NCBI RefSeq assembly: GCF_006345805.1
Contig: NC_043021.1
Coordinates: 15,252,001-15,316,000, forward strand
Reading direction: 5' to 3'
Length of the DNA: 64,000 bases
Source of the DNA: Octopus sinensis
Lineage: Eukaryota
Part shown: one piece after another, positions 51,850-64,000 of the stretch
Position numbering within the stretch: position 1 is the stretch's first letter
Layout: each line of letters starts with the position of its first letter
Translations under genes and position numbers: made by a program
Notes under the pieces: model-generated
The model's database searches: none
Seen by the model: only the letters and a program-made list of their open reading frames with translations
What the model was told of the DNA's origin: nothing

Positions 51850-52240
51850 ACTCAACATGCTAGGAATAGCAGCTCTCTTCATTGTGTCTTTTCTATAAGC
51901 GTCTCCATGGTCATTGCCCTAATGAAGTTCCCTGTCTAGCACCTTCTGTCAAAACCTTAAAATGTGTCCCCCTGCTTCTCTTCCTTGGCACATTTTTTTC
52001 TCTGTTGAGCTTTCTGGTAATCACAAGTCCTTTTATCCTAACAGCTTCTCTCCTCAAACTGCTCCCCCCTGGAACTCATAACCACATTATTTTCTTTTCA
52101 AATTTAGAATCAAGTTGTTAACATGGCGGAAACTCTTCCTTTTACTTGGTTGGAGTCTTTGGCTCATCATCAAAATGTATCTTCATTTTGTTTCTTCTAT
52201 AAGCATTTCCAGTTTGCTCTGATGAACTTCCATATCTTTT
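51850..52240 (+). mobile_element. Two tandem decayed LINE 3' ends (CR1/L2/Daphne-group-like)
   Basis: SLCLFYKRLHGHCPNEVPCLAP...SPFILTASLLKLLP, then LESLAHHQNVSSFCFFYKHF; both resemble the LAHRRNVASLSLFYRY...SFFPRTA.LWN.LP terminus (from memory). Confidence 0.5.
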
Positions 52241-53171
52241 GTATTGTCTGCCAAGACCGTAAAATGTTTCACCCACTTCTCTTCCCAGGGACATTATCTT
52301 TTGATTTCTGCTCCTTGTTAGTCATAAATCCTTTTATTCGCCTGGCCCCCGTGCCGGTGGCACGTAAAAAGCACCATCCGTCCGTGGCCGTTTGCCAGCT
52401 CCGTCTGGCACCTGTGCGGGTGGCACGTAAAAAGCACCCACTACACCCACGGAGTGGTTGGCGTTAGGAAGGGCATCCAGCCGTAGAAACACTGCCAGAT
52501 CAGACTGGGCCTGGTGCAGCCTTCTGGCTTCACAGACCCCAGTAGAACCGTCCAACCCATGCTAGCATGGAAAGCGGATGCTAAATGATAATGATGATGA
52601 TGTTTCTTTCCTTGACCTGCTACTCTCTTAGACTCCCTACCATTGTCTTGATTTCCTCTGGTCTGCAATATTCAGTCGTCCTTTAGCCCTCTAGCATTTA
52701 AACTGGCCATGTCAGGCCAAAATAACCTTCCTGTTTTATGTTCAAACCAGCCAGATCTGGCCCCTCACACCTACCCTACAAAGTCATTCTAAAAATTAGC
52801 TGCGTGACATCATCAAAATCTCAGTTACAGTTTTTTGCCCTCTTATACTGCAGTAGCTTCAAGCCTTGTATGAGACAAAATCACTAAAACAAAGAAAGGG
52901 TCTATTCCATCAGACTCGACCTTTGGTTAAAGAAAGCAAATGAAAAATGTAGAATGATTTTTAGGGAACAGTAATTACTGGTATCTTTTGTGGTTGGGGT
53001 GATTGTGAGTTTGTGAATAGATTATTGCAAGAGGGAGAGAGGCCCAAAGTACTTGCCATTATTGATCTTGAGCTATACTTTCACTGATAAAACTAGGGTT
53101 ACTTTATTTGGTTCAGGGAGAGAATGGCTGTGGCCATGCTGGAGCATTGACTTTGCAATAGAAATAACTTA

Positions 53172-53523
53172 CTGTATTTGATGGCATTTAAGATGCACCT
53201 TTTTTTTTTTTTTTTTTTACCCCAAAATGGCTTAAAAAATCCCCCTGTGTCCAATGCACTGAATGTAGGCTCAAAACTCCCTCAAAACAGTATGTATGTT
53301 TACGAAACGTGTGCTACCATCTATTGGTGAACAATCACCTACAGTATGTTTATATCAAATGTGGATGCATTAAATTGCTTTTAATTACTGGTAATAACAT
53401 AAAGTTATACAGGTAAGTGGAGGAATTAAAACATTATTTTAGTGGTAATTTATTTTACAAAAGTATAGCCGAGGCTAGGGTACGTCCTATGCACTCATGC
53501 GTCTTATAGGCAATCAAATACGG
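53172..53523. mobile_element. pogo/Tc2-like MITE (352 bp)
   Basis: Imperfect TIRs CTGTATTTGATGGCATTTAAGATGCA/TGCGTCTTATAGGCAATCAAATACGG; TA at 53170-71 and 53524-25. Confidence 0.75.
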
Positions 53524-53917
53524 TACTTTGATATGACAAAACACCATGTTAAAAACATCATGACCACGGTCTCAGGAAGTGTGATGCCTGTTGGTATGTG
53601 AGATAGTGTAATCTGAGATGCCTGGGAAGAAAAAAGGAAAAAGAACAGGATGGTCATGGCTGGAATGATGTTGATTATAGGCCTGCTCAATCAGAGCTGA
53701 CCTGGGTGTTAAATAATTATGTTTATAGTTGTGTTTGTTTTAGTTTTGAAGTCTTGTAAAAGATGGTAGATTAGCCACCAACTGTCGCATATATATATAT
53801 ATGCATGCACACACACTCACATGTACATATGTACCTCTCTATATAAATATACTTACATGTATATATGCATATGTACACACACATGCATTTATATATGTGG
53901 GTATATTCATACACACA

Positions 53918-54133
53918 TTTACTCTTTTACTCTTTTACTTGTTTCAGTCATTTGACTGCAGCCATGCTGGAGCACCACCTTTAGTCGAGCAACTCGACAC
54001 CGGGACTTATTCTTTTTGTAAGCCCAGTACTTATTCTATCGGCCTCTTTTTGCCGAACCGCTAAGTGACGGGGACGTAAACACACCAGCATCTGTTATCA
54101 AGCAATGCTAGGGGAACAAACACAGACACACAA

Positions 54134-54166
<33 letters not shown>

Positions 54167-54334
54167 CACATATATACGACAGGCTTCTTTCAGTTCCCGT
54201 CTACCAAATCCACTCACAAGGCATTGGTCGGCCCGGGGCTATAGCAGAAGACACTTGCCCAAGATGTCACGCAGTGGGACTGAACCCGGAACCATGTGGT
54301 TGGTTAGCAAGCTACTTACCACACAGCCACTCCT
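53918..54334 (-). mobile_element. SINE C, full length
   Basis: Match to the C consensus. Confidence 0.9.
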
Positions 54335-55009
54335 TACCACAGCCACATATATAAATATTTATGTAATATATGTGTATACTCATACACACATGTATATTTA
54401 AATATTAATATAAAAAAACTCCCTCTACAACATATATATAAATAAACACATATATACATAAGCAAGCACACACACACACACACGCACCTTTGAACCTCTT
54501 TCATTAGAAAATATGATTTGTCTGTCAATTCTGAAGAAATAAGTTTTAGATGATAAATAAGATATCTCTCGGGTAAGAACTGAATTAATGCGTTTACTAA
54601 AGCAGTATCTACTGCTGTCCACGTCACAACTTAATATTTTTATTTCCATAATCAAATTAACTGTAAATATTACTTTCTGGAAATTTATAATTTGTTTTTG
54701 TATATTTCTGTAATTTTACTTGTTTTCTTTTTCCTTTTTATTTAAAAAAAATTATGTGGCTGTCTGCCGATTTCTGTTTGCCGATAACATTGTGTAAAAT
54801 GCTTTTATATTTCGTACGCATCTGTGCTGTGTGGTGAGACTTCATTTAGAGTGTTGTGCCATTAAAATAATTTGTCAAACTTGTTGGATTTATCAAATTT
54901 AGTGAAATCATTTCAGCAGTTGTAAAAGACAAATGTATCTAAATGTTGCTGTATTCAGATGCATTCTCTTAAATATTTTCTTTTATTCTTTTATTTGTTT
55001 CAGTCATTT

Positions 55010-55092
55010 GACTGAAGTTTCGCCTGCACAGCACTCATCAGGTAGTTTGATCTTAGCTGATGAGCTATGTGTTGGTGAAACTTCAAAATGTA
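55010..55092. ncRNA. Inverted, divergent pair of hammerhead-like cores
   Basis: Minus: CTGATGA-GTGCTGTGCAGGC-GAAAC-TTCA-GTC (55010-41). Plus: CTGATGA-GCTATGTGTTGGT-GAAAC-TTCA (55057-85). Stem I pairs in neither. Confidence 0.4.
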
Positions 55093-55491
55093 ACATGACT
55101 TTACAACATTCAGTCTTTTGATATAAATACGTGCATATGTGTGTGCAGGCAATGCGTGCACATGCACACACAAGCACACACACACACACACATACACCAT
55201 AGTTACTCCTTAGTTTCCCTCCCTAATTTAGTGTTAAACTTTGGAATGAAATTTTCCCCTTCACATTTAAACTTGATTCTAGCTTTGCCCTGTGTATAAG
55301 TCTCCTCCAGTTTTTCCATTTAAAGCCAAGTATAAAATAGTGCGAATTATACTCAAAGTAAATACAGTTTGTGTATGTGTGAATATTTATATATATATAT
55401 ATATATATGTGTATATATTATATATATATATATATGTGTATATATATAATATATATATATATATTATATATATATATAATATATATATATA

Positions 55492-55537
<46 letters not shown>

Positions 55538-55544
55538 ATATATA

Positions 55545-55769
55545 TTTCTTTATTGCCCACAAGGGGCTAAACATAGAGAGGACAAACAACACAGACAAAG
55601 GGATTAAGTCGATTACATCGACCCCAGTGCGAAACTGGTACTTTTTATTTATCGACCCCGAAAGGATGAAAGGCAAAGTCGACCTCGGCGGAATTTGAAC
55701 TCAGAATGTAACGACAGACGAAATACTGCTAAGCATTCCGCCCGGCGCGCTAACGTTTCTGCCAGCTTG

Positions 55770-55774
<5 letters not shown>
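55545..55774 (-). mobile_element. SINE A1 embedded in (TA)n
   Basis: Match to the A1 consensus; (TA)n on both sides. Confidence 0.9.
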
Positions 55775-55809
<35 letters not shown>

Positions 55810-55945
55810 TGTGTGTGTGTATAATATATATATGTGTGTGTGTGTGTTGTGTGTATATATATATGTGTGTGTGTGTTGTGTATATATATATATATATTGT
55901 GTGTGTGTATATATATATGTGTGTGTGTGTGTGTGTATATATATA

Positions 55946-55993
<48 letters not shown>

Positions 55994-56104
55994 GTGTGTA
56001 TATATATGTGTGTGTTGTGTGTATATATATGTGTGGTGTGTGTGTATATATATATGTGTGTGTGTGTGTTATATATATGTGTGTGTGTGGTGTGTATATA
56101 TATA

Positions 56105-56135
<31 letters not shown>

Positions 56136-56327
56136 GTGTGTTGTGTGTGTATATATATATGTGGTGTGTGTGTGTATATATATATTGTGTGTGTGTGTAT
56201 ATATATATATGTGTGTGTGTGTTATATATATATGTGTGTGTGTGTATATATATATATGTGTGTGTGTGTATATATATTATATGTGTGTGTGTGTGTAATA
56301 TATATGTGTGTGTGTTGTGTGTGTGTG

Positions 56328-56358
<31 letters not shown>

Positions 56359-56794
56359 ATATATGTGTGTGGTGTGTGTGTATATATGTGTGTGTGTGTG
56401 TATAATATATATGTGTGTGTGTATATATATATATGGTGTGTGTGTGTGTGTGTATATATATATATGTGTGTGTGTGTATATATATGTGTGGTGTGTGTGT
56501 GTGTATATATGTGTGTGTGTGTGTGTGGTGTATATATATGTGTGGTGTGTATATATATATGTTGTGTGTGTGTGTATATTATATGTGTGTGTGTGTGTGT
56601 ATATATATATGTGTGTGTGTTGTGTATATATATATGTGTGTGTGTGTGTGTATATATATATGTGTGTGTGTGTGTGGTGTATATATATGTGTGTGTGTGG
56701 TGTGTGTGTATATATATGTGTGTGTGTGTGTGTGTGTATTATATATGTGTGTGTGTGTGTGTGTGTATATAATATATATGTGTGTGTGTGTGTG

Positions 56795-56839
<45 letters not shown>

Positions 56840-56850
56840 ATATATATATA
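55775..56850. repeat. ~1.1 kb alternating (TG)n/(TA)n compound microsatellite
   Basis: Blocks of 3-8 TG alternate with 3-6 TA throughout. Confidence 0.97.
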
Positions 56851-57390
56851 TTCGCACATATGTAGATAGATAGTCAAAGAGAGGGTGAGGGGGGCACTGA
56901 CAGACAGGCAGATGGTTACGTTTCTCCACGATTCTTCTTTGATGTATTTCTGCACTGCTTTAAAGCATCTTCATCAAATACTGAAGAAGGGTTTGGGTGG
57001 AGCTGTTAAGGTCAGCAACACGTAACATTTGGCGTGTGATAAAGCTCGTAAACTATACTATAAGATGCTTTATAACTTCTTTTATCGATATGTGACACCG
57101 CAGCAGTGGGAGAAACCTGGAAGCTGAGGCAAATATGTTATCAAGGAAAAAAAGTTTAGGTTGATAAACTCGCTGACTTTTCTTCTCAAGAACCGATAAC
57201 AAATGTTTCTTTATTACTACCTTAACAGATTGGTGAAGATTTTACGTTGTTTTTTGTCTTCTCTTCTTTCTACGAACAAATGAAACGAATACCTTCGCCT
57301 CACAAAAAACACACCCCTACTCTCTCTCTTTCCAGTAGAACCACTTACCTTTCTGTGCAAACCAAACTACCACATATTGTTTGTCTTGTT

Positions 57391-57832
57391 CAGTGGTCCC
57401 CAACCATTTTTTTACCTATGGACCCCTTTTGATTTCTATTTTACTTGGGTGGACCCTCTGAGCCATTCAGTGTTTAAAGAAATCCCGTTATATTTTCTTT
57501 TATTCTTTTATTTGTTTCAGTCATTTGACTGTGACCATGCTGGGGCACCACCTTTAGTCGAGCAAATCAACCCCAGGACTTATTCTGTGTAAGCCTAGTA
57601 CTTATTCTATTGTTGGGCTTCTTTCAGTTTCCATCTATCAAATCCACTCACAAGGATTTGGCCAGCCTGAGACTATAGTAGAAGACACTTGCCCAAGGTG
57701 CCACGCAGTGGGACTGAACCTGGAACCATGTGGTTGGTAAGCAAGCTATTTACCACGCAGCTACTCCTGCGCCTTGAACAAAATCTTATATGAACCCCAA
57801 AGGGTCATATGGACTGCAGTTGCAAACCACTG
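57391..57832. mobile_element. hAT MITE split by an internally deleted SINE C (~57495-57772)
   Basis: Ends CAGTGGTCCCCAAC/GTTGCAAACCACTG; halves align to 37763-38026. Confidence 0.7.
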
Positions 57833-58159
57833 CTCTAACTGTATGCATTGGCCCTCTCTGGTCATAATGAATTGTTTAATTATAAAAACAAAAGAAACTG
57901 GAATTTATCCCTTTTCTCCTCTTCATCCTCAATTTTCCTTTTCTTCAAACCCTCTCTGTCATCATCATCACACCACCACCACCACCACCACTACCACCAC
58001 AACCACCATCATCATCAGCAGCAGCAGTAGTACATCTCTTCCTCCTTCGTCCCAGATCCCCCTCTCCATCCTCAGTTTTCCTGTTCTTCAAACCTTCTTC
58101 ATTATCATTCATCAATCCATGCTTACTTCACCATTCCTTGTAAGTCCTAAGGTGTTTAC

Positions 58160-58559
58160 TCTTACTCTTTTTACTCTTTTACTTGTTTCAGTCATTTGAC
58201 TGCGGCCATGCTGGAGCACCGCCTTTGGTCAAGCAACTCGATCCCGGGACTTATTCTTTTTGTAAGCCCAGTACTTATTCTATCGGTCTCTTTTTGCCGA
58301 ACCGCTAAGTGACGGGGACGTAAACACACCAGCATCGGTTGTCAAGCAATGCTAGGGGAACAAACACACACACATACACATATATATACATATATATGAC
58401 AGGCTTCTCTCAGTTTCTGTCTACCAAATCCACTCACAAGGCATTGGTCGGCCCGAGGCTATAGCAGAAGACACTTGCCCAAGATGCCACGCAGTGGGAC
58501 TGAAACCGGAACCATGTGGTTGGTTAGCAAGCTACTTACCACACAGCCACTCCTGCGCC
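58160..58559 (-). mobile_element. SINE C, full length
   Basis: Match to the C consensus. Confidence 0.9.
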
Positions 58560-60483
58560 TACATACTTTTACATACTTTCATTTGTTTTCGTTGATGATT
58601 TTGTTGCCGAGATTCCATTATTTGTTTGTAGCTGTGGTAACTAGATCAAGTTTAGGCGGTTTCCCTCAGAAAACATTCCTCTACAATGGGTGTCCTGCTG
58701 TAAAGGTATTATTCACTGGAATTGTACAGAATTGCAAACTTAATTTTCACAGTTTTGCTTGGGAAGCTTTGACATCCCCAAAGTGAACAGTTAAATCTTT
58801 GAAAAAAAAAAAAAAAAAACCAGGTAGGAAGCATATAAATTCTCCCTTTTCAGACAGCATTTTGAAATGGTTTGAATCATGATTTGGGTTGTATTGTTGT
58901 GTTTTGAGGCAAAACACTTGATTTGATTGAAATTACATGACTTCATGAAATATCATTTATTTACTTCTCAATTGGCTTTCAATTTATTTTCTTCTCTTGA
59001 CTCCATATTAATGCATTTTTGATAAGCAATCACAGAATCAGGAGTGAGAAGTGTTTCCTGTTCGTACACCTCTCTAGAAATTTATCTATGAAAAACGAAA
59101 AAAAAAATGAAGAAAAAGAAAAACCCTCTGGGTTCTCTCTTGTTCAATGCTCAATTACTTTCTTGTAGTGACAAGAATTTCAATCAAAGCAAGCAGAGGA
59201 ATAAAAGATAGAGAAAGAACATATCTATGCATGTCAGACCAGCAGTTTTTAGAGTTGTTGTTTTGTTGTTTGATTTCTTTTCCTCGTGGTTGCAATGTAA
59301 TTTAGTTTAATTTTAATTAATAATTATTTTCCTTGATGGGTATGCAAGCCCTCAGTTGATAATCTGGTTACCTTCTGTGTTGCTTTTATGTTCCTGTATA
59401 GCTGAGGTCCTTATAATTTACTTAAAAGATTTTAATTAAACATTTCGGAAGGAGGAGGGAGGGAAAAAATATGGGGGAGGTAGGGTGGCACTTTAATGCA
59501 CCAAAACACTGAAATTTTCATTTTGATAAATAAAAACGATAAAAAACACAAAGGTTTAGAGAGGAAAAAAAGAAAAGATGATAATGTTAGATATTTTCTA
59601 TTGACAAGTTTTTCTCAGAACAATATCTTTCTTCTGATATTGTTTCTGAACAAAGATCTTTCCACACAGGTTAATTTTCACTTGTGTGTTCAGTCATCTC
59701 GAGCTTTGATAGTAATTACTTTTTATAAATTTCTTCAAAATTATTTTTCTCTTTCTTTAAAAAAAACCCCCCAAAAAACCCAAAAAAAAAAAATTTTTTT
59801 TAATAAGCTTAATAATTTGATTTTATGTCTTGTTTTGTTTCCATTTTTAAAAAAATCGTTTTACCTATCGATAATTATCGAATATGTATTTTGCTAGTAT
59901 CACTACTTTATATAAATTAAATTTATTAAATAAATGCTTATCTTTCCCTCGACCCCCCACCCCACCTCCAAGCACCATCACTCCCACTACTGACTTATGT
60001 TAAACTCTACCTCATGATTTTCGCTGGCAATGACATCTTCTTCTTCATCTTCTCTCTCTCTCTCTCCCCTCTCATCTCATCCTTTCTCCTTCAGCTCTTT
60101 CTTATTCTTTCTTCATGCCTGTCTGTCTGTCTGTCTATTCCTGCCGCGTTCATTTTGTTTTCCCTCTTCTTCTTCTTCTTCTTCTTCTTTTTCTTTCTCT
60201 TATCCATTTCTTTTGAATGAATATCAATTTGTAAAACTTGTGTTTAGCCATTTATAAAACTCTGCTGCAAGGCAGAATATTATTGCTCTGCTTCATTATA
60301 ATAATCGATTCGATGCTAAATTGTTTTCCAGCATCAGAATGGAACTAATTTCAAAGCAGACAAAACGAGATCGTGTCTCATCTCATTTTCTAAAGGAAGT
60401 CTATATTGTTTAATGACATACATACATACATTGATATGCACCTACACAATCATAACATACATATATATGCATGCGTGTATGTA

Positions 60484-60561
<78 letters not shown>

Positions 60562-60567
<6 letters not shown>

Positions 60568-61637
60568 AATGAAGTATTAAATGAGTAAAGTATTTGATAT
60601 AAAATTTTGAGAGAAAGGTGGTGGTGGGGGACCTACAGATTACTTACAAATCTGAAATTGACTGACACACACATTAAAGAAGATAAAAAAGAAACACTGT
60701 AGCTACTTCACGTATGGTTATTTTTTTGTCGATATTTTTGTTTTTATATACTCTTTTTACTCTTTTACTTGTTTCAGTCATTTGGCTGCGGCCATGCTTG
60801 AGCACCGCCTTTAGTCGAGCAAATCGACCCCGGGACTTATTCTTTGTAAGCCGAGTACTTATTCTATCGGTCTCTTTTGCCGAACCGCTAAGTGACGGGG
60901 ACGTAAACACACCAGCATCGGTTGTTAAGCAATGCTAGGGGGACAAACACACACACATACACATATATACATATATACGACAGGCTTCTTTCAGTTTTCG
61001 TCTACCAAATCCACTCACAAGGCATTGGTCGGCCCGGGGCTATAGCAGAAGACACTTGCCCAAGATGCCACGCAGTGGGACTGAACCTGGAACCATGTGG
61101 TTGGTTAGCAAGCTATTTACCACACAGCCACTCCTTTACTATATTTCTTTACTACCTACAAGGGGCTAAACACAGAGGGGCCAAACAAGGACAGACAAAC
61201 GTATTAAGTCGATTACATCGGCCCCAGTGCGCAGCTGGTACTTAATTTATCGACCCCCGAAAGGATGAAAGGCAAAGTCGACCTCGGCGGAATTTGAACG
61301 GCAGACGAAATACGGCTACGCATTTCGCCCGGCGTGCTAACGTTTCTGCCAGCTTGCCGCCTTATTACCAGCTTGCCGCCTTATGTTTTTATATATAAAT
61401 AAAAGCCTGTGTGTGTGTGTGTGTGTGAGGTGCAGGCATGGCTCTGCCATTGAGAAACTTGCTTCCTAACCCTGTGATCTTGAGTTCAGTCTCCTCACTG
61501 CATGGCACCTTGGGCAAGGACCTTTCAATATTTGTCGCAGGCTGACCGAAACTATGAGTGGATTTGATTGATGGAAACTGAAAGAATCCTGTTGTATTTA
61601 TTTATTTATATATATATATATTATATATATATATATC

Positions 61638-61697
<60 letters not shown>

Positions 61698-62742
61698 ATA
61701 TGAGAAATGAAGTATTAAATGAGTAAAGTATTTGATATAAAATTTTGAGAGAAAGGTGGTGGTGGGGGACCTACAGATTACTTACAAATCTGAAATTGAC
61801 TGACACACACATTAAAGAAGATAAAAAAGAAACACTGTAGCTACTTCACGTATGGTTATTTTTTTGTCGATATTTTTGTTTTTATATACTCTTTTTACTC
61901 TTTTACTTGTTTCAGTCATTTGGCTGCGGCCATGCTTGAGCACCGCCTTTAGTCGAGCAAATCGACCCCGGGACTTATTCTTTGTAAGCCGAGTACTTAT
62001 TCTATCGGTCTCTTTTGCCGAACCGCTAAGTGACGGGGACGTAAACACACCAGCATCGGTTGTTAAGCAATGCTAGGGGGACAAACACACACACATACAC
62101 ATATATACATATATACGACAGGCTTCTTTCAGTTTTCGTCTACCAAATCCACTCACAAGGCATTGGTCGGCCCGGGGCTATAGCAGAAGACACTTGCCCA
62201 AGATGCCACGCAGTGGGACTGAACCTGGAACCATGTGGTTGGTTAGCAAGCTATTTACCACACAGCCACTCCTTTACTATATTTCTTTACTACCTACAAG
62301 GGGCTAAACACAGAGGGGCCAAACAAGGACAGACAAACGTATTAAGTCGATTACATCGGCCCCAGTGCGCAGCTGGTACTTAATTTATCGACCCCCGAAA
62401 GGATGAAAGGCAAAGTCGACCTCGGCGGAATTTGAACGGCAGACGAAATACGGCTACGCATTTCGCCCGGCGTGCTAACGTTTCTGCCAGCTTGCCGCCT
62501 TATTACCAGCTTGCCGCCTTATGTTTTTATATATAAATAAAAGCCTGTGTGTGTGTGTGTGTGTGAGGTGCAGGCATGGCTCTGCCATTGAGAAACTTGC
62601 TTCCTAACCCTGTGATCTTGAGTTCAGTCTCCTCACTGCATGGCACCTTGGGCAAGGACCTTTCAATATTTGTCGCAGGCTGACCGAAACTATGAGTGGA
62701 TTTGATTGATGGAAACTGAAAGAATCCTGTTGTATTTATTTA

Positions 62743-62760
<18 letters not shown>
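60562..62760. repeat. 1138-bp tandem duplication (each unit: unique DNA + SINE C + SINE A1 + old C head)
   Basis: GAGAAATGAAG at 60564 and 61702 (offset 1138); the copies look identical by eye apart from terminal microsatellite lengths. Confidence 0.95.
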
Positions 62761-62775
<15 letters not shown>

Positions 62776-63439
62776 CTGTGTGTGTGGTGTGTGTGTGTGT
62801 GCCCTTGTCTTGACATCATATAATGATTGTAAATGCGTATCACCACCCTACAAATGAGGTTGTTTCCAGTCTACTGTGAAAATATGTCTGGTCATGCAGA
62901 AAGATTACTTTTCTTGGAAATTGGTGAGGTTTGTTTTCTTTGTACATCATGATCTCAATTTTAGTAAAATTTATAAATTATTATCCCTATTAAGGTAGTA
63001 ATGATAGCTCACTAGCCATTTAGCTGGGTGCTAGGCATAACAACTGCTTAAAGGGGCACTACAAAAAAAAAAAAGGAAAAAATGGGTTAAGAACCATTGA
63101 CTTAATCCATCACCTGGTTTAACACCACCACCTGGTCCTTGGGTTCTTTAGTTGAGCTCACCCTGAAGCAATCATTTGGGCCAGGTTACCAGTTTAAGGA
63201 TCCATTTCTCCCTCCTTCTCATCATTCTTGTCGGATCTATAAAGATTCAGGGGCACTGCCGTCTCTCTTGGCTACAACATTAAAAAGGGAAAAGTCAATA
63301 TTTGTGAAATGTAGTTTATCTAAGGCTTTGAGCCTATTTGGCTGCTGCTCTTACCAATTTGAGCAACTTTGTGGTGGTTCCTTTGTTGGCCTGGGCTTCT
63401 TTTGTTGAATTTTTGAACAAGTTTTGAGGGTTAGGATTA

Positions 63440-63820
63440 GGATAGTTTTTAGTGAATTTAAGGGGCTGGTAGACAATTTTGAGTTTTAGGAGCTTGTAGG
63501 GATATTTTTCAGTGAGTTTTAGGAATTGGCAAAGAATATTTTGAGTGAGTTTTTGTGAGCTAGAAGGGGTAATTTTGAAGAAGCTTTAGGGGTAATTCTA
63601 GTGAGTTTTGTGGGCTGGAAAGGGTAATTTTGAGTGAGTATTAGGAATTTACAATGATAATTTTGAGTGTTTGGTGGGGCTGGAAGTGATAATTTTGAAA
63701 GAGCATTAGGGGTTAGTAGGAAATATTGAATGAGTTTAAGGGACTAGTAGGGGTAATTTTAGTGAATTTTGTGAGCTGGTGGAGAATTTTGAGTTTTGGG
63801 GGTTAGTAAGGATAATTTTC
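63440..63820. repeat. Degenerate G/T-rich ~30-33-bp minisatellite (~12 units)
   Basis: Consensus about AGTGAGTTTTAGGGGCTGGTAGGGGTAATTTTG; almost no C on the plus strand. Confidence 0.8.
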
Positions 63821-64000
63821 TTGGTATTTCTTCAGCATTGTTGTAAGATATTGTAATTCTCTGTGAGAGCAAGAAAAGAAATAGAACAATGCTAGCCTGC
63901 CAGCCAACCAGCCACACGGACATTCAGCGGTGCACACTATAATTGCATGTGAGAAGAAGAAGAAGAAGAAGAAGAAGAAGCAAAAGAAAGTTTTATAATT

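Noticed and set aside
53345-53418. Perfect CAG|GTAAGT donor with an open 68-bp upstream frame
   Set aside because: Lies inside a pogo-like MITE and the acceptor is weak.
55695-56955. ORFs of 236-401 aa rich in C/V/Y/I or H/T
   Set aside because: Read-through of the (TG)n/(TA)n microsatellite.
59457-59485. Four G-runs (possible G-quadruplex)
   Set aside because: One loop is 9 nt; isolated, with no supporting context.
7670-62272. Apparent minus-strand bias of SINE C (roughly 2:1)
   Set aside because: About 30 copies, several non-independent; too weak to infer host-gene orientation.

Overview
AT-rich eukaryotic non-coding DNA (large intron or intergenic). The repeat content suggests an octopus or other cephalopod genome; this is an inference from the SINE types and the (TA)n/(TG)n/(ATT)n/(CAT)n load, not a database match. 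No recognisable intact protein-coding gene is present. Almost all ORFs in the track are read-throughs of microsatellites or SINEs. The window contains: at least four retroposon families (tRNA-headed SINEs here labelled A, B and C, and an RTE-tailed element D; labels are mine); piggyBac-, hAT- and Tc1/mariner/pogo-type MITEs; decayed LINE 3' ends; a ~2.9 kb (TA)-rich tract; and a 1138-bp near-identical tandem duplication. The most unusual signal is four loci with hammerhead-ribozyme-like cores of the Penelope-like-element type, three of them tied to local inverted duplications. Also notable are a ~135-bp direct repeat flanking a SINE, TTAA-chained MITE arrays, an inverted duplication dated by a later SINE insertion, and three isolated candidate exons.
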